Shown here piece by piece: positions 51,501 through 64,000 of a DNA stretch of 64,000 bases (its first letter is position 1; each line of letters begins with the position of its first letter). The notes below the pieces were generated by a model. That model had not been told where the DNA came from. It did not search any database and saw only the letters and a program-made list of their open reading frames with translations. The DNA is from Octopus sinensis (taxonomy: Eukaryota): the NCBI RefSeq assembly GCF_006345805.1, contig NC_043025.1:13144001-13208000 (forward strand). Direction: 5' to 3'. A program made the position numbers and the translations under genes.

Positions 51501-51881
51501 ATATATATATATATATCTGTGCATATACGCACAGTAGCCGCCGCCGCCGCCACATCATAACAGTGATGTGGTATGTTGGTGATGCTGATATAAAGAGTGG
51601 GGTGAGCCAGTGTTATGTAGAGGGGAGGGTGGAAGACTAAACTCTAAAATAGAGTTGAAGTTATCTTGTTACACGAGAGAATGAACCTCATCCCCAGACC
51701 CATTTTTCTGAATGTACAAAAATGGGGTCCTCTTCCTTCCTTAAAAAAAATAACTAAAAAATAATTTTAAAAAACCCAATACTGACTACGCTGAGATCAT
51801 GTTTAAATATAGTTGCCATGGTGATGAAGGTGAAACATTAGCAATAGCGGGAGACTAATTCAGCATGTCCCTTGTTAACAA

Positions 51882-53025
51882 GTAAAAAAAATTTGTTGGA
51901 GAAGATGCCTCTATGTGGCTCCCCTGCATGCTAGAAGTAGCAAGTAGCAGTCAAATATCACCTAAACACAACTTTCTAAAACTGCATAATCTGATATGTA
52001 GCCTTCTATAAAAAGAAAATTGATGTGTTGTTTGAGGGAGATTTGGCTGTAGTGTCTAGCAGGTGCATGTTACCACGTACAGGCTATTTCTTTGCAATAA
52101 AACAGCTTAACCAGAGAGCAGAGCAGGTAAAAATTTGTTGGAGAAGATGCCTCTATGTGACCCCCCTGTATGCTAGAAGTAGCAGCCAAATATCACCCAT
52201 TCACAAAAAACTGCATAATCTGATATGTAACCTATAAAAAGAAAATTAACATGCCATTTGAGGGAAATTTGGCTGTAGTGTCTAGCAGGGGCATGTTACC
52301 ACATACAGGCTATTTCTTTGCATTAAAACAGCTTGACCAGAGAGCAGAGTAGGTCTGTATGCTAGAAGTAGCAGCCAAATATCACCTAAACACATCTTTC
52401 TAAAACTGCATAATCTGATATGTAGCCTTCTAGAAAAAGAAAATGTATGTGCCATTTGAGGGAAATTTGGCTGCAGTGTCTAGCAGGAGCATGTTACCAC
52501 GTACAGGCTATTTCTTTGGAATGAAACAACTCGACCAGAGAGCAGAGCAGGTAAAAATTTGTTGGAGAAGATGCCTCTATGTGGCTCCCCTGCATGCTAG
52601 AAGTAGCAGCCAAATATCACCCAAACACAACTTTCTAAAACTGCATAATCTGATATGTAGCCTTCTAGAAAAAGAAAAAATTATGTGCCATTTGAGGGAA
52701 ATTTGGCTGCAGTGTCTAGCAGGGGCATGTTACCACATACAGGCTATTTCTTAGCAATAAAACAGAGAGCAGAGTAGGTAAAAATTTGTTGGAGAAGATG
52801 CCTCTATGTGACCCCTCTGCATGCTAGAAGTAGCAGCCAAATATCACCCAAACACAACTTTCTAAAACTGCATAATCTGATATGTAGCCTTCTAGAAAAA
52901 GAAAATTAATGTGTTGTTTGAGGGAAATTTGGCTGCAGTGTCTAGCAGGGGCATGTTACCACGTACAGGCTATTCCTTTGCAATGAAACAACTTGACCAG
53001 AGAGCAGAGCAGAGCAGGTAGGTTG
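51882..53025 (+). repeat. ~230 bp tandem array, ~5 units, with internal inverted repeats
   Basis: tgctagaagtagcagccaaat and atttggctgcagtgtctagca in each unit. Confidence 0.9.
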
Positions 53026-53076
53026 CACTTTTATAGAGGAATATTTTGGAGAAATACTTGGTCTATAAATGTATTT

Positions 53077-53234
53077 GTGTGTGTGTGTGTGTGTGTGTGT
53101 GTGGTGTGGTGGTGTGTGTGTGTGGTGTGTTGTGTGTGTGTGTGTGTGTTGTGTGTGTGTGTGTGTGGTGTGGTGTGTGTGTGTGTGTGTGTGGTGTGTT
53201 GTGGTGTGTGTGTGTGTGTGGTGTTGTGTTGTGA

Positions 53235-53296
<62 letters not shown>

Positions 53297-53428
53297 GAGA
53301 GAGAGAGGAGAGAGAGAAGAGAGAGGAGAGAGAGAGAGAGAGAGAAGAGAGAAGAGAGAGGAGAGAGAGAGAGAAGGAGGAGAGAGAGAGATAGATCGAG
53401 AGAGAGAGAAGAGAGAGAAGAGAGGAGG

Positions 53429-53483
<55 letters not shown>

Positions 53484-53541
53484 TAGAGAGAGAGAGAGAG
53501 AGAAGAGAGAGGATAGAGAGGAGAGAGAGAGAGGAGAGAAG

Positions 53542-53585
<44 letters not shown>
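53077..53585. repeat. Compound (GT)n/(GA)n microsatellite
   Basis: Seen directly. Confidence 0.97.
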
Positions 53586-53587
<2 letters not shown>

Positions 53588-53976
53588 GGGGAGCAGCAGG
53601 CTTCTCAGAGCATTGATTGGTTAAAATGCAGGTAGCTAGCAGCGGGACAGGGATTTAGTACCAAGACCACCATATAAGAACACAAAGGTAGAACCATGGC
53701 AATGATTCCTGGGTGAAGCAAGGAGGGAAGGTGGTGGTGGGTTATTAATAGGTTTAGGTAACGGAGGCAGCGGGCGGGTGGGTGGGTAGGTGGGTGGGTA
53801 AGTAGGTAACTTGATGGCTGGGTAGCTTAGGGGTAGGTAAGTAAGTAAGTAGGTAGCTAGGTGGTTGTAGGTAAGTAGGTAGGTAGCTGGGTGACTAGGG
53901 AGGTGGATAGGGAGATAGCTGTTTTTGGCATCGGCTCAGGTGAGAGAGATAAAAGGAGAAAGCTGCGCGTGTGTGT

Positions 53977-54021
<45 letters not shown>

Positions 54022-54219
54022 TTGATACTCCTAGGGGGGGAGGTGAGAGGTAGGTGTATTGAGACAGGGTTACAAGGAGGAGTAGGGTGAGGTATGCATA
54101 GAGAGAGAAAGAGAAAGAGAGAGAGAGGGGGAGGGGCAGGCAGACCCCCCCCACCCCACCCGTGTATAACTATTTTATAATTGCAAAGATATTTGAAACC
54201 CACCACGAAATGTCACCCT

Positions 54220-54536
54220 GCCAGTGACAATATACTACAGACAAACGGGTAGGCAATAGTATATATGGGGTACCTACAAGTAAAGCAGGGGGTACGTACC
54301 TACATTATAATAGGGGGGGGAGGAGAGGGCATGCAAGAGGGATCTCCGTGTAACAGGGATACAGATGCCATGCAAGTGACAATATACTACAGATAAACGG
54401 GTAGGCAAATAGTATATATGGGGTACCTACAAGTAAAGCAGGGGGTACGTACGTAAGCGGGACCTACGTTATAACAGGGGTGGGGAAGAGGGGGTATGCA
54501 AGAGGGATCTCCGTGTAACAGGGATACAGATGCCAT
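54220..54536 (+). repeat. Direct duplication of a ~155 bp unit
   Basis: agtgacaatatactacaga..gggatacagatgccatgc occurs twice. Confidence 0.85.
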
Positions 54537-54979
54537 GCCACCACCATCACCACATTCTACCACCACCACCACCACCACCACTATTTCTCTCTATTGCGTT
54601 GTTGGTAAAGGTGGCGAAGGAATCGATTGACGCCAAACGTTCAATGCCATCACCCCCCATACGCCCCCTATCCCCCAGCCGTAGGTCAGTAGAATGGCTC
54701 AAGGACACTGTCCGGTCTTCGATTGATCGATTCAACAATCAAATCGATCGAACAGGCAGAAATGGTAGGTTTGCGCTACTGCCGACACTACCCCCCTAAC
54801 CCATGACGCCAGCATTTCCCATTCTGGAGATGGAAGAGCGAATGAATAAAAGCTGCTGCTGCTATTATAGCTCGGCTGTGGAGCAGACAGATCGATAAGA
54901 GCGACCGATGAGAGGGAGAGAAAGATTGTGTAGCGGTCATGTAGAAAGCAGGCAAGGTGAACGTATCCTGTTTATACTG

Positions 54980-55440
54980 GAGAGAGAGAGATAGAGGAGA
55001 GAGAGGGAGATAGAGAGAGAGAGAGGGAGATAGAGAGAGAAGAGAGGGAGATAGAGAGAGAAGAGAGGGAGATAGAGAGAGAAGAGAGGGAGATAGAGAG
55101 AGAAGAGAGGGAGATAGAGAGAGAAGAGAGGGAGATAGAGAGAGAAGAGAGGGAGATAGAGAGAGAAGAGAGGGAGATAGAGAGAGAAGAGAGGGAGATA
55201 GAGAGAGAAGAGAGGGAGATAGAGAGAGAAGAGAGGGAGATAGAGAGAGAAGTGAGGGAGATAGAGAGAGAAGAGAGGGAGATAGAGAGGAGAGAGAGAA
55301 GAGAGGGAGAGAGAGAAGAGAGGGAGAGAGAGAAGAGAGGGAGAGAGAAGAGAGGGAGAGAAAGAAGAGAGGGAGAGAAAGAAGAGAGGGAGAAAGAAGC
55401 AAAGAGAAAGGAGGAGGAGGAGGAGAGAAAGAGAGAAGGG
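54980..55440. repeat. GA-rich 21 bp minisatellite
   Basis: agagagagaagagagggagat units. Confidence 0.95.
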
Positions 55441-57062
55441 GTGAGGAAGGGCTGCAATAGGAAGTAAGTCTTAAAAAAGATGTTTATTGTTTCGTATTTA
55501 TCAGTAAAAAGAAAAGTGGGGGAAAAAAACTGTATCTAAAGAGATTGCAATGTCTGGAGTAGGGAATAGTTTATGAAGAACTTGGCATTACACGAATCCA
55601 AAGACCAAGCGTTCGGTGTCACAGCAATGACAGTAAAGAAATTCCAAAATTAAATTCAAAGCCATATAATATATATATATAATATTTTTTTTTCTAGGGG
55701 CTGGCCAGATTGGAGCAATCTCAAGATTAATCAGCCGAAATTGCTAGGATGACCCGGTTCTTGACTGAAGATTGAAGGCTTCGAATGTCCCGTCCGTGTT
55801 TTTTGTATCGTCTTCTAAATGTTTTACGGTCTTGTCCCAGTTTGTATTTTTCTACACACACACACATATATATATATTACTCAAAGGAATTCCAACTGTT
55901 TTATTTATATTCTTTATAATATTAATGTAGAATGTAGAAAATATAGTATAAATAATATATATATAGTAAAATGAAATGAAGTATTGATTGTCTTATTGAA
56001 TAGATGAAATATTGAGTATCAAATATTAAGGGACTAATATACTTTCTTGCATTGAAGCAGTCTTCAAGGTCCCAGGTTGTGACAGGAATATTTCAACTGT
56101 CTCATATATATATATGCGCATAGAAATGGTTGTGCGGTAAGAAGTTCCAGGTTCGCTCCCATTGCACGACACCTCGGGCCGACCAAACTCTTGTGAATGA
56201 ATTAGGTACACAGCAACTGAAAAAAAGTCCATCGTGTGTTCCCCCACCCCCACCACTGCTGGACAACCGATGTTGGTGTGTTTACGTCCCCGTAAGTTAG
56301 CGGTTCGGCAAAATAGACCGATAGAATAAGCACCAGACTTTACAAAAAGAAAAGTACCGAGGAGTGGGGTCGATAAGTTAACTAAAATTCTTTAAGGTGA
56401 TGCCCCAGTATGGCCGCAGTGGGACTGAACCCGGAACCATGTGGTTCGTAAGCAAGCCACTTACCACACAGCCACTCCTGTTAAATAAAAAAAGAGACAT
56501 GGTTCCGGGTTCAATCCCACTGCGTGGCATCTTGAGCAAGTGTTTTCTACTATAGCCTCGGGCCGACCAAAGCCTTGTGAGTGGATTTGGTAGACGGAAA
56601 CTGAAAGAAGCCTGTCATAATGTGTGTGTCCGTGTCCCCACTGCCGTTCGACGTCCCCATAACTTACAGGTTCGGCAAAAAGAGACCGATAGAATAAGTA
56701 CCAAACTTTGAAAACAAACAGCTAAAATTTCGAGACGGTGCTCCAGAACGGTCGCAGTCTAATGAATGAAACAAAGATAAACCGAGCAACGGATTGTGGT
56801 TCCTACTTCACAGACCCATAGAGAGGACAAAAACCGCGATGACCCCTCCCTCATCTCTTTGTAACCGATAATCAGCTTCGGCTGGGATAATCTGGAATTA
56901 AGTGAGGTTTAACAACAGTCTTAAGTTGCAATAATATCCCAGAAAACATTTGGGTTTGTGGCAGGAATCAGGACATCCAAGACGTCAGAAATGGGGCCCA
57001 AAGATCAAAATATGTTCTTTTGCTGCTCGGGTGCATACGGTAATGAACTGCTAATCTGCAAG

Positions 57063-57622
57063 AAATAGCAGTCAAATCTACCTACATTCCCTGGACATCC
57101 ACCCCGAAAATGAGGTGGTCAAGACTGGAAAGTTAGCTCGATCAGGGTCGAGCTGGGACTAAATTTTGCCTTGGTTTAACCAGGGGTCAGGATATCTAGA
57201 GATAATAGCAGTCAAATCTACCTACATTCCCTGGACATCCACCCCGAAAACGAGGTGGTCAAGACTGGAAAATTAGCTTGATCAGGGTCGAGCTGGGACT
57301 AAATTTTGCCTTCGTTTAACCAGGGGTCAGGATATCTAGAGATAATAGCAGTCAAATCTACCTACATTCCCTGGACATCCACCCCGAAAACGAGGTGGTC
57401 AAGACTGGAAAGTTAGCTTGATCAGGGTCGAGCTGGGACTAAATTTTGCCTTCGTTTAACCAGGGGTCAGGATATCTAGAGATAATAGCAGTCAAATCTA
57501 CCTACATTCCCTGGACATCCACCCCGAAAACGAGGTGGTCAAGACTGGAAAATTAGCTTGATCAGGGTCGAGCTGGGACTAAATTTTGCCTTAGTTTAAC
57601 CAGGGGTCAGGATATCTAGAGA
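57063..57622 (+). repeat. ~140 bp tandem array, 4 units
   Basis: aatagcagtcaaatctacctacattccctggac..ggatatctagagat. Confidence 0.93.
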
Positions 57623-58039
57623 TAGAAAGATAAAGAGAAAGAAAACAAGTTGACCCAAATTCCATCGTCCTTCCTACAACTACCCCCGTATCCCTATCAT
57701 TTCTCTCCTGGGCAATGTTTCGGGTTGACTTGTCTGTGTCCAGTCCATTACAGGACGAAGGCCTCAGCATGTCCTTTCCACCCAACTATGGTCGGAGCTA
57801 AAGATCAAACTGGCTTCGTGAGCCGACTCTGTCACGCTGGTTTGACACGGCAGCAGATGGCATCGACTTAATTATCCCGAAGTAATTAAGTAGATTACAT
57901 TGACGATGTTTAGGGAAACAGATTTAGGTCACAGTTAGAAAAGTTCCGAGGCCCACTTGTTGCTGTTCCCTGTCCTCGGTGAACAAGGAGAGAACTGGTC
58001 ACGGCAGGAATTAGTCTTGGGAGTAAACAAGAGCTGGGG

Positions 58040-58500
58040 TTAGGAGAGGACGAAAGGGAGAGAAGGAGAGAGAGAGAGAGAGAGAGAGAGAAGGAGAGAG
58101 AGAGAGAGAGGAAGGAGAGAGAGAGGAAGAGAGAGGAAGAGAGAGAGAGAGGGAAAGAGAGAGAAAGAGACAGAAAGGGAGAGAGAAAGAGACAGAAAGG
58201 GAGAGAGAAAGAGACAGAAAGGGAGAGAGAGAGAAACAGAAAGGAAGAGAGAGAGAGACAAAGGAAGAGAGAGAGAGAGAGACAGACAGAAAGGAAGAGA
58301 GAGAGAGACAGACAGAAAGGAAGAGAGAGAGAGAGAGACAGAAAGGAAGAGAGAGAGAGACAGAAAGGAAGAGAGACAGAGAGACAGAAAGGAAGAGAGA
58401 GAGAGACAGAAAGGAAGAGAGAGAGAGACAGAAAGGAAGAGAGAGAGACAGACAGAAAGGAAGAGAGAGAGACACAGAAAGAGGGAGAGAGAGAGAGAAA
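58040..58500. repeat. GA-rich simple repeat
   Basis: Seen directly. Confidence 0.95.
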
Positions 58501-59720
58501 TGGAGTCCCAAAACCTCTATTTTAACAACTAGTCGTCAAAATATCGATTTTTAAACATTGATCGTAAGTTGCCATCCATCACCAAGACGGATTATAGCCT
58601 TTACACGGGCCAATCTGTTTATTAGAAATGGCAGTCAAAACCTCTCTCCACCACACTGTGGTGGTGGCCATGACTGAAAACATCTCATTATCTGACCGAG
58701 GGACAGGGTCATTTAAAGAGAATTATGGGCCCCCGGGCAAAGGAAATACATGGAGGTCCCAACATACACAACAAATAGGTTAGCGTTGGGGCGTTGGATC
58801 CTTGAGACACCAAGTAAACTGTCCCCTTGTACCCGTGGCTTAAAGGGACATCGAACCAGGAGTAAAAGACCGCAAAATTTAAAAAACAAAAGACGAAAAA
58901 AAAGGACACAAAAGAAAAAAAATACCAGTTGGTTATATCGATCGATTGATTGATTGATTGATTGATTTTTAGTGGCTGGAGAGAGATTTGAACTCAGTCC
59001 GTAAAGGTTCGGAAAGTGAAAACGGTCGAGTTTGTGAGAAAAATGAAGAGAAAGCGTCGATTTTTCAAAATTGACAACAATTGCAAAAGAGGAACGATTT
59101 TATTGAATACAAGCGTTTAGGGGTAATCTTGGACTAAGGCGGCGTTAATTTAGAAGACAATCAATGATGATGAGATATATATGGAAAAAATTAACTAGGA
59201 CATCCTGAATGATGGAAACCATCGTTTTCATAAATTGTTTTTTTGTAAATTCAGGCATTTTTATAAAGTAAAAGCGCTTCCAAATCCGTAATTTGTTGGA
59301 ATTATGAATTTTTAAACATCGTAATCGACACAAAACTTAATTTTAGTTTAGACTTCAATTTTTGTTTTCTTCTATTAGATTTACGATTTAAACATTTGAA
59401 TTTACGATTCTTCAAAATCATGTCCAACACAAACCCGGAAAATTTTTCGTCTCTTCATAATTTTGTAGTAGATTCTTAATCTTCGACTTTTAAAAGCACA
59501 CACATCTGAAGAAATTAGACGGACAATTTCCGACTATTCTCCAGGGATACCTACAACTTTTCCACACCAGTCGCATCTCACACCATTTTCGTCAATGATT
59601 TTACTCACAACCAGATGGTCTATATCTAAATACACACCCACAATAAGGGCCCTTCATAGGCCTGGGTTGGACCTCTTCCTTTGAACGAAATCATTGAAAT
59701 AGAGTGTATACGAGATAACC

Positions 59721-59808
<88 letters not shown>

Positions 59809-59817
59809 TATATATAA

Positions 59818-59978
59818 GCGCAGGAGTGGCTGTGTGGTAAGTAGCTTGCTTACCAAGCACATGGTTCCGGGTTCAGTCCCACTGTGTGGCACCTTGGGCA
59901 AGTGTCTTCTACTATAGCCTCGGGCCGACCAAAGCCTTATGAGTGGACTTGGTAGAAGGAAACTGAAAGAAGCCCGTC

Positions 59979-60012
<34 letters not shown>

Positions 60013-60215
60013 CTTTGTCCACCTCACCATCACTTGACAACCGGTGTTGGTGTATTTACATTCCCCGTAACGTAGCAGTTCGGCACAAAGAGACCGACAG
60101 AATAAGTACTAGGCGGCTTACGAAGAATAAGCCCTAGGGTCGATTTGATTCGACTAAAAGGTGGTGCTCTAGCATGGCCGCAGTCAAATGACTGAAACAA
60201 GTAAAAGAGTAAAAG
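59818..60215 (+). mobile_element. SINE family A next to a (TA)n tract
   Basis: Full-length match. Confidence 0.85.
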
Positions 60216-60774
60216 AACAAGAGAATATATATATATATGTATGTCGCCGCTGACATATATTTTCGGCTTTAGAGTCTTAACAAGTTGTCCATGGGGGTCC
60301 AAGCGCTTCATGGATGCGAAACCACTGGTCACCATGACCGGACAGACTTAACTGCATATAAATACATTAACTGTTCTACGCTTTAGAGGGTGTTTTTTCT
60401 TTCCGAATATATGATACACTGACAATATATATAAAATTATATACGCGCTCGCGCATAATTGCTGAGTCTACAGTAAATGGTGTTATTAAAAATATGCCCC
60501 AAATAGTCATGTCTCAAGTTAGTGTCCATTAGTCAAACACATACATACGCGTATATAGACACACACACACATATGCACACGGCTAGGTGACGTCATTTAA
60601 TAAGCAATGACGAAAGCTTCGGTACCATTGTCCTAGAGACTGAAACAGCAAGTCTGGATATGAACGGAAATTTGACAATATTTGGCAACACTACATTAAG
60701 TGGAATAGACAGACACTTGTGAAGTGTCTCCCAAGTATCACTCTGCCGAAATGGTATCAGTAAATATCCTTTTT

Positions 60775-61240
60775 TACTCTAGGCACAAGGCCCGGAATTT
60801 TTGGGAAGGGTGCCAGTCGATTAGATCGATCCCAGTGCGTAACTGGTACTTTATTTATCGACCCCGATAGGAGGAAATGCAAAGTCGACCTCGGCGGGAT
60901 TTGAACTCAGAACGTAAAGACAAACGAAATACCTATTTGTTTACTATCCACAAGGGGCTAAACACAGAGGGAACAAACAAGGATAGACAAACGGATTAAG
61001 TCAATTATATCAACCCCAGTGCGTAACTGGTATTTAATTTATCGACCCCGAAAGGATGAAAGGCAAAGTCGACCTCGGCGGAATTTGAACTCAGAACGTA
61101 AAGACAAACGAAATAACTATTTCTTTACTACCCACAAGGGGCTAAACACAGAGGGGACGAACAAGGACAGACAAACAGATTAAATCAATTACATCGACCC
61201 TATTTCGTCCGGCGTGCTAACGATTCTGCCAGCTCGCTGC
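60775..61240 (-). mobile_element. SINE family B with tandem 3' copies
   Basis: Repeated ~185 bp segment plus head at ~61205-61240. Confidence 0.8.
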
Positions 61241-61810
61241 ATAGTGCGCACACATGCATCTATATAGATACATCCAGCAAGTGCGTATATACATACATAC
61301 ACATTCGTCCATATACACAGGCACACACACACACAAAGTATGCATGTATACAAAAGTACCTAAATTAAGTAATTAGTTTGGAGGTGAGGGATAAGAAAGT
61401 GGGTAGAAGTGTTTTTAACGTTTCGGGGTTACGTTCTTCTTCAGAAGACAGAAAGAAAAGTGTAGAGAAAGGAGAATAAAAGGCAGTGAGAACGCGTGTC
61501 ACGTTGAAAGGAAATGTGTGCACAGGCACGTGCAGCCAATATATTCCTTTTGAGTTCTACAACAGGTTTGTAGTGTTGCAATGCTGAAATGAAATATATA
61601 TATAACTCACTTCAGCAGACGTTCAACTGAAGCTTGGCGGTTTCGGCTATTTTAAACAAGCCTGCTAGCATCAGTGTGACACTAGATTTAATATAAAACT
61701 CTATTAGGGAAAGGTGTAGCAAAAAACGCGTGTACCCATCCGTATACATCCAATACGTAATGTGCACACATGCACACATACACAAATCTGTGTGTGTGTG
61801 TGTATATAAA

Positions 61811-61994
61811 TAATCAAAATAAGCAACAAGGATATCCAAAGGTAATGCAGTACGATCGTTTCATGCGACTTCATTTAATTAAACAATGCAAGTATGTTTT
61901 ACTGATGTAATATTTGCATCGTTCAATTAAATGGAGTCGCATGAAACGATCGTACTGCATTACCTCCGGATATCCTTGTTGCTTATTTTGATTA
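61811..61994. repeat. Near-perfect inverted repeat, ~85 bp arms
   Basis: taatcaaaataagcaacaaggatatcc..atcgtttcatgcgact pairs with agtcgcatgaaacgat..ggatatccttgttgcttattttgatta. Confidence 0.92.
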
Positions 61995-62089
61995 TAATCA
62001 CCCCATTTTGAATTATATGGATAATACCATACAAAATTCTGCTGCCTTTAACTTAAGTACCATATTCAACTGAATCTAAATTTTTACTG

Positions 62090-62133
<44 letters not shown>

Positions 62134-64000
62134 CCGGTCTAAGGAAAGCGGAAATCTAGGGTAATCCCATAGACCGGCCTTATCTATCTATATTACTATA
62201 CTGCTTCTTTTCCGGATTTATGATTTACCGAACACACACACACACACACTTGTATCTTGAACTAAATCCTTTGCAATAATCAAAATTTTAATCGCGCGGG
62301 CGGGCACACCTGAAATTTCTTCCAAAATTAGCATTTCTAGTGACATATTTTATACTTATTAATTCTCACAATCAAACACTAAATACTTTAAGCTTTTAAA
62401 GCACTTTTTCTTTATTACGTAGTCACGTTATTTTACTATAATACCCCCCTATCCTCATCCCAAAATAATTCTTACTAAAAAAGGTTTGTATTTAGATTAA
62501 ACACCGAATATATATTTCTTTAATTCCAGCGCTTTCGTATTATTTTGATTTAAAAAATAATAATTATAAATCTATAAAAAAAGTTTATAACGCCATTTTT
62601 TTTTCTGGCCGGAACAAATAGGTTTTATGAGAAAAAAATTAAATAAATAAATAAAAACCCAGAAAAAAGGTTATGGTAAAAAAGGGGGCAAAATAATTTT
62701 GTTTTATTTTCGGAAGTTTAAAATATACAAATAAACTATTTTATGTTGAATAATTATCTTACGTTATTGTACAAGATTATATCCACACACACACACATAA
62801 CCACGCACATATGAAGCTCACTTAATTGGCTTTAATTACCTTAATTGAGCTAATCAATAAACTTATTCAGTATGTTGCTTGGAGGAGGAGGGGTGGAGAC
62901 TATGATCAGAGTCTGTCTGAAGTAAATAAGTCGAAAGACAAATCTCGAATATAACCATATAAAGAAGCCGTGTATACACGCATGAATGTGCGCGTGTCTG
63001 TGTGTGTATATATAGTTATATATGAATACCCGGATATCTTCTTACACACCAAGCACACACAACACCCCGAATGATGTAATAACATTTAGAGGTGGCAGCA
63101 AGGAAAAATCGGCGAATAAGATACAGGTTGTGTAAAGGCAATATTACAAAACCCCAAAAAATGAACAATTTACACAGTGCACACGAGTATATTATACACA
63201 CTATATAATATATATATATATATATATAAATTAGAAAAAAAAACCCACCTTTGTATGTATAATTATATATACCAAATATATACGTTTTATTTATTATTTT
63301 GCACATTACTTAATCATCGGTATATTATTGTTATTTTAATATTTCTATTATATGTCATTTCCTAGATGATGTAATTTAACTGTTCATTTTGAATTGATAA
63401 AAGGTGGGGTTTTTCTCTAATTTATATATATATATATATATATTATATTTTGTGAAATTTGATTTAATATTTCTAAATTGAATTTTTCCCTGTAAATTAG
63501 GAATAATATTCCCTCAAATTATCATATATATATATAGATATATATAGATACATATATAGATATATAAAACATGCAAATGACATGCAAATGACATGCAAGT
63601 CAAAAGGAGTTGCGTTAAAAATATATTTTTTTAAAAAATGGAATAAAATAAATACAAGCGTATAAAAATAAGGAGTGAGAATTCTGTATGTATAATAATG
63701 AGTGTATATAGTTTGTGTGTATATATAATAAATGTCAAATGTAATAAATAGAGTGTAATGTACATTATACACAAATAAATGTTGTCCTTCAACTGTCAAG
63801 GTTATGGCAACGTCCTTGACAGCAGCTGAACACGTGACTAAGTGGGAGGAGCAGACAGCAGACACAGATATACATACATATACGTGTATATGCATATATA
63901 CATATATATATATATATATATACATACAAGTATATATATACACTGAATAATATACGATTATACAAATACATACATTAAACATATATATATATATATACAC

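Noticed and set aside
52993-58511. Long CV/ER/SL-rich ORFs
   Set aside because: Microsatellite translations.

Overview
Eukaryotic, AT-rich, repeat-dense genomic DNA. The SINE and microsatellite content suggests an octopus or other cephalopod (inference). Two convergent spliced genes can be rebuilt with GT-AG boundaries and consistent phases. (1) An SLX1-like GIY-YIG/RING structure-specific endonuclease on + (5 coding exons, 10155-20867, ~279 aa). (2) A class I fructose-bisphosphate aldolase on - (7 coding exons, 44039-34655, 363 aa). The rest is mostly repeats: about six SINE-like families, mariner/Tc1, pogo, piggyBac-like and hAT-like DNA-transposon remnants, RTE and RLE-type LINE fragments, a Helitron-like 3' end, minisatellite arrays seeded from TE pieces, and microsatellites. 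Most ORFs in the track are repeat artefacts. The most interesting signals are palindromic elements carrying minimal hammerhead-ribozyme motifs (one with a compensatory U3-A8 core, one fused to a tRNA-like head), a tandem array built from copies of the SLX1 splice acceptor, an 8-copy piggyBac-like MITE array, and a possibly ancient SLX1-aldolase linkage. Repeat boundaries are approximate. SINE family letters are my own labels. No database searches were run.
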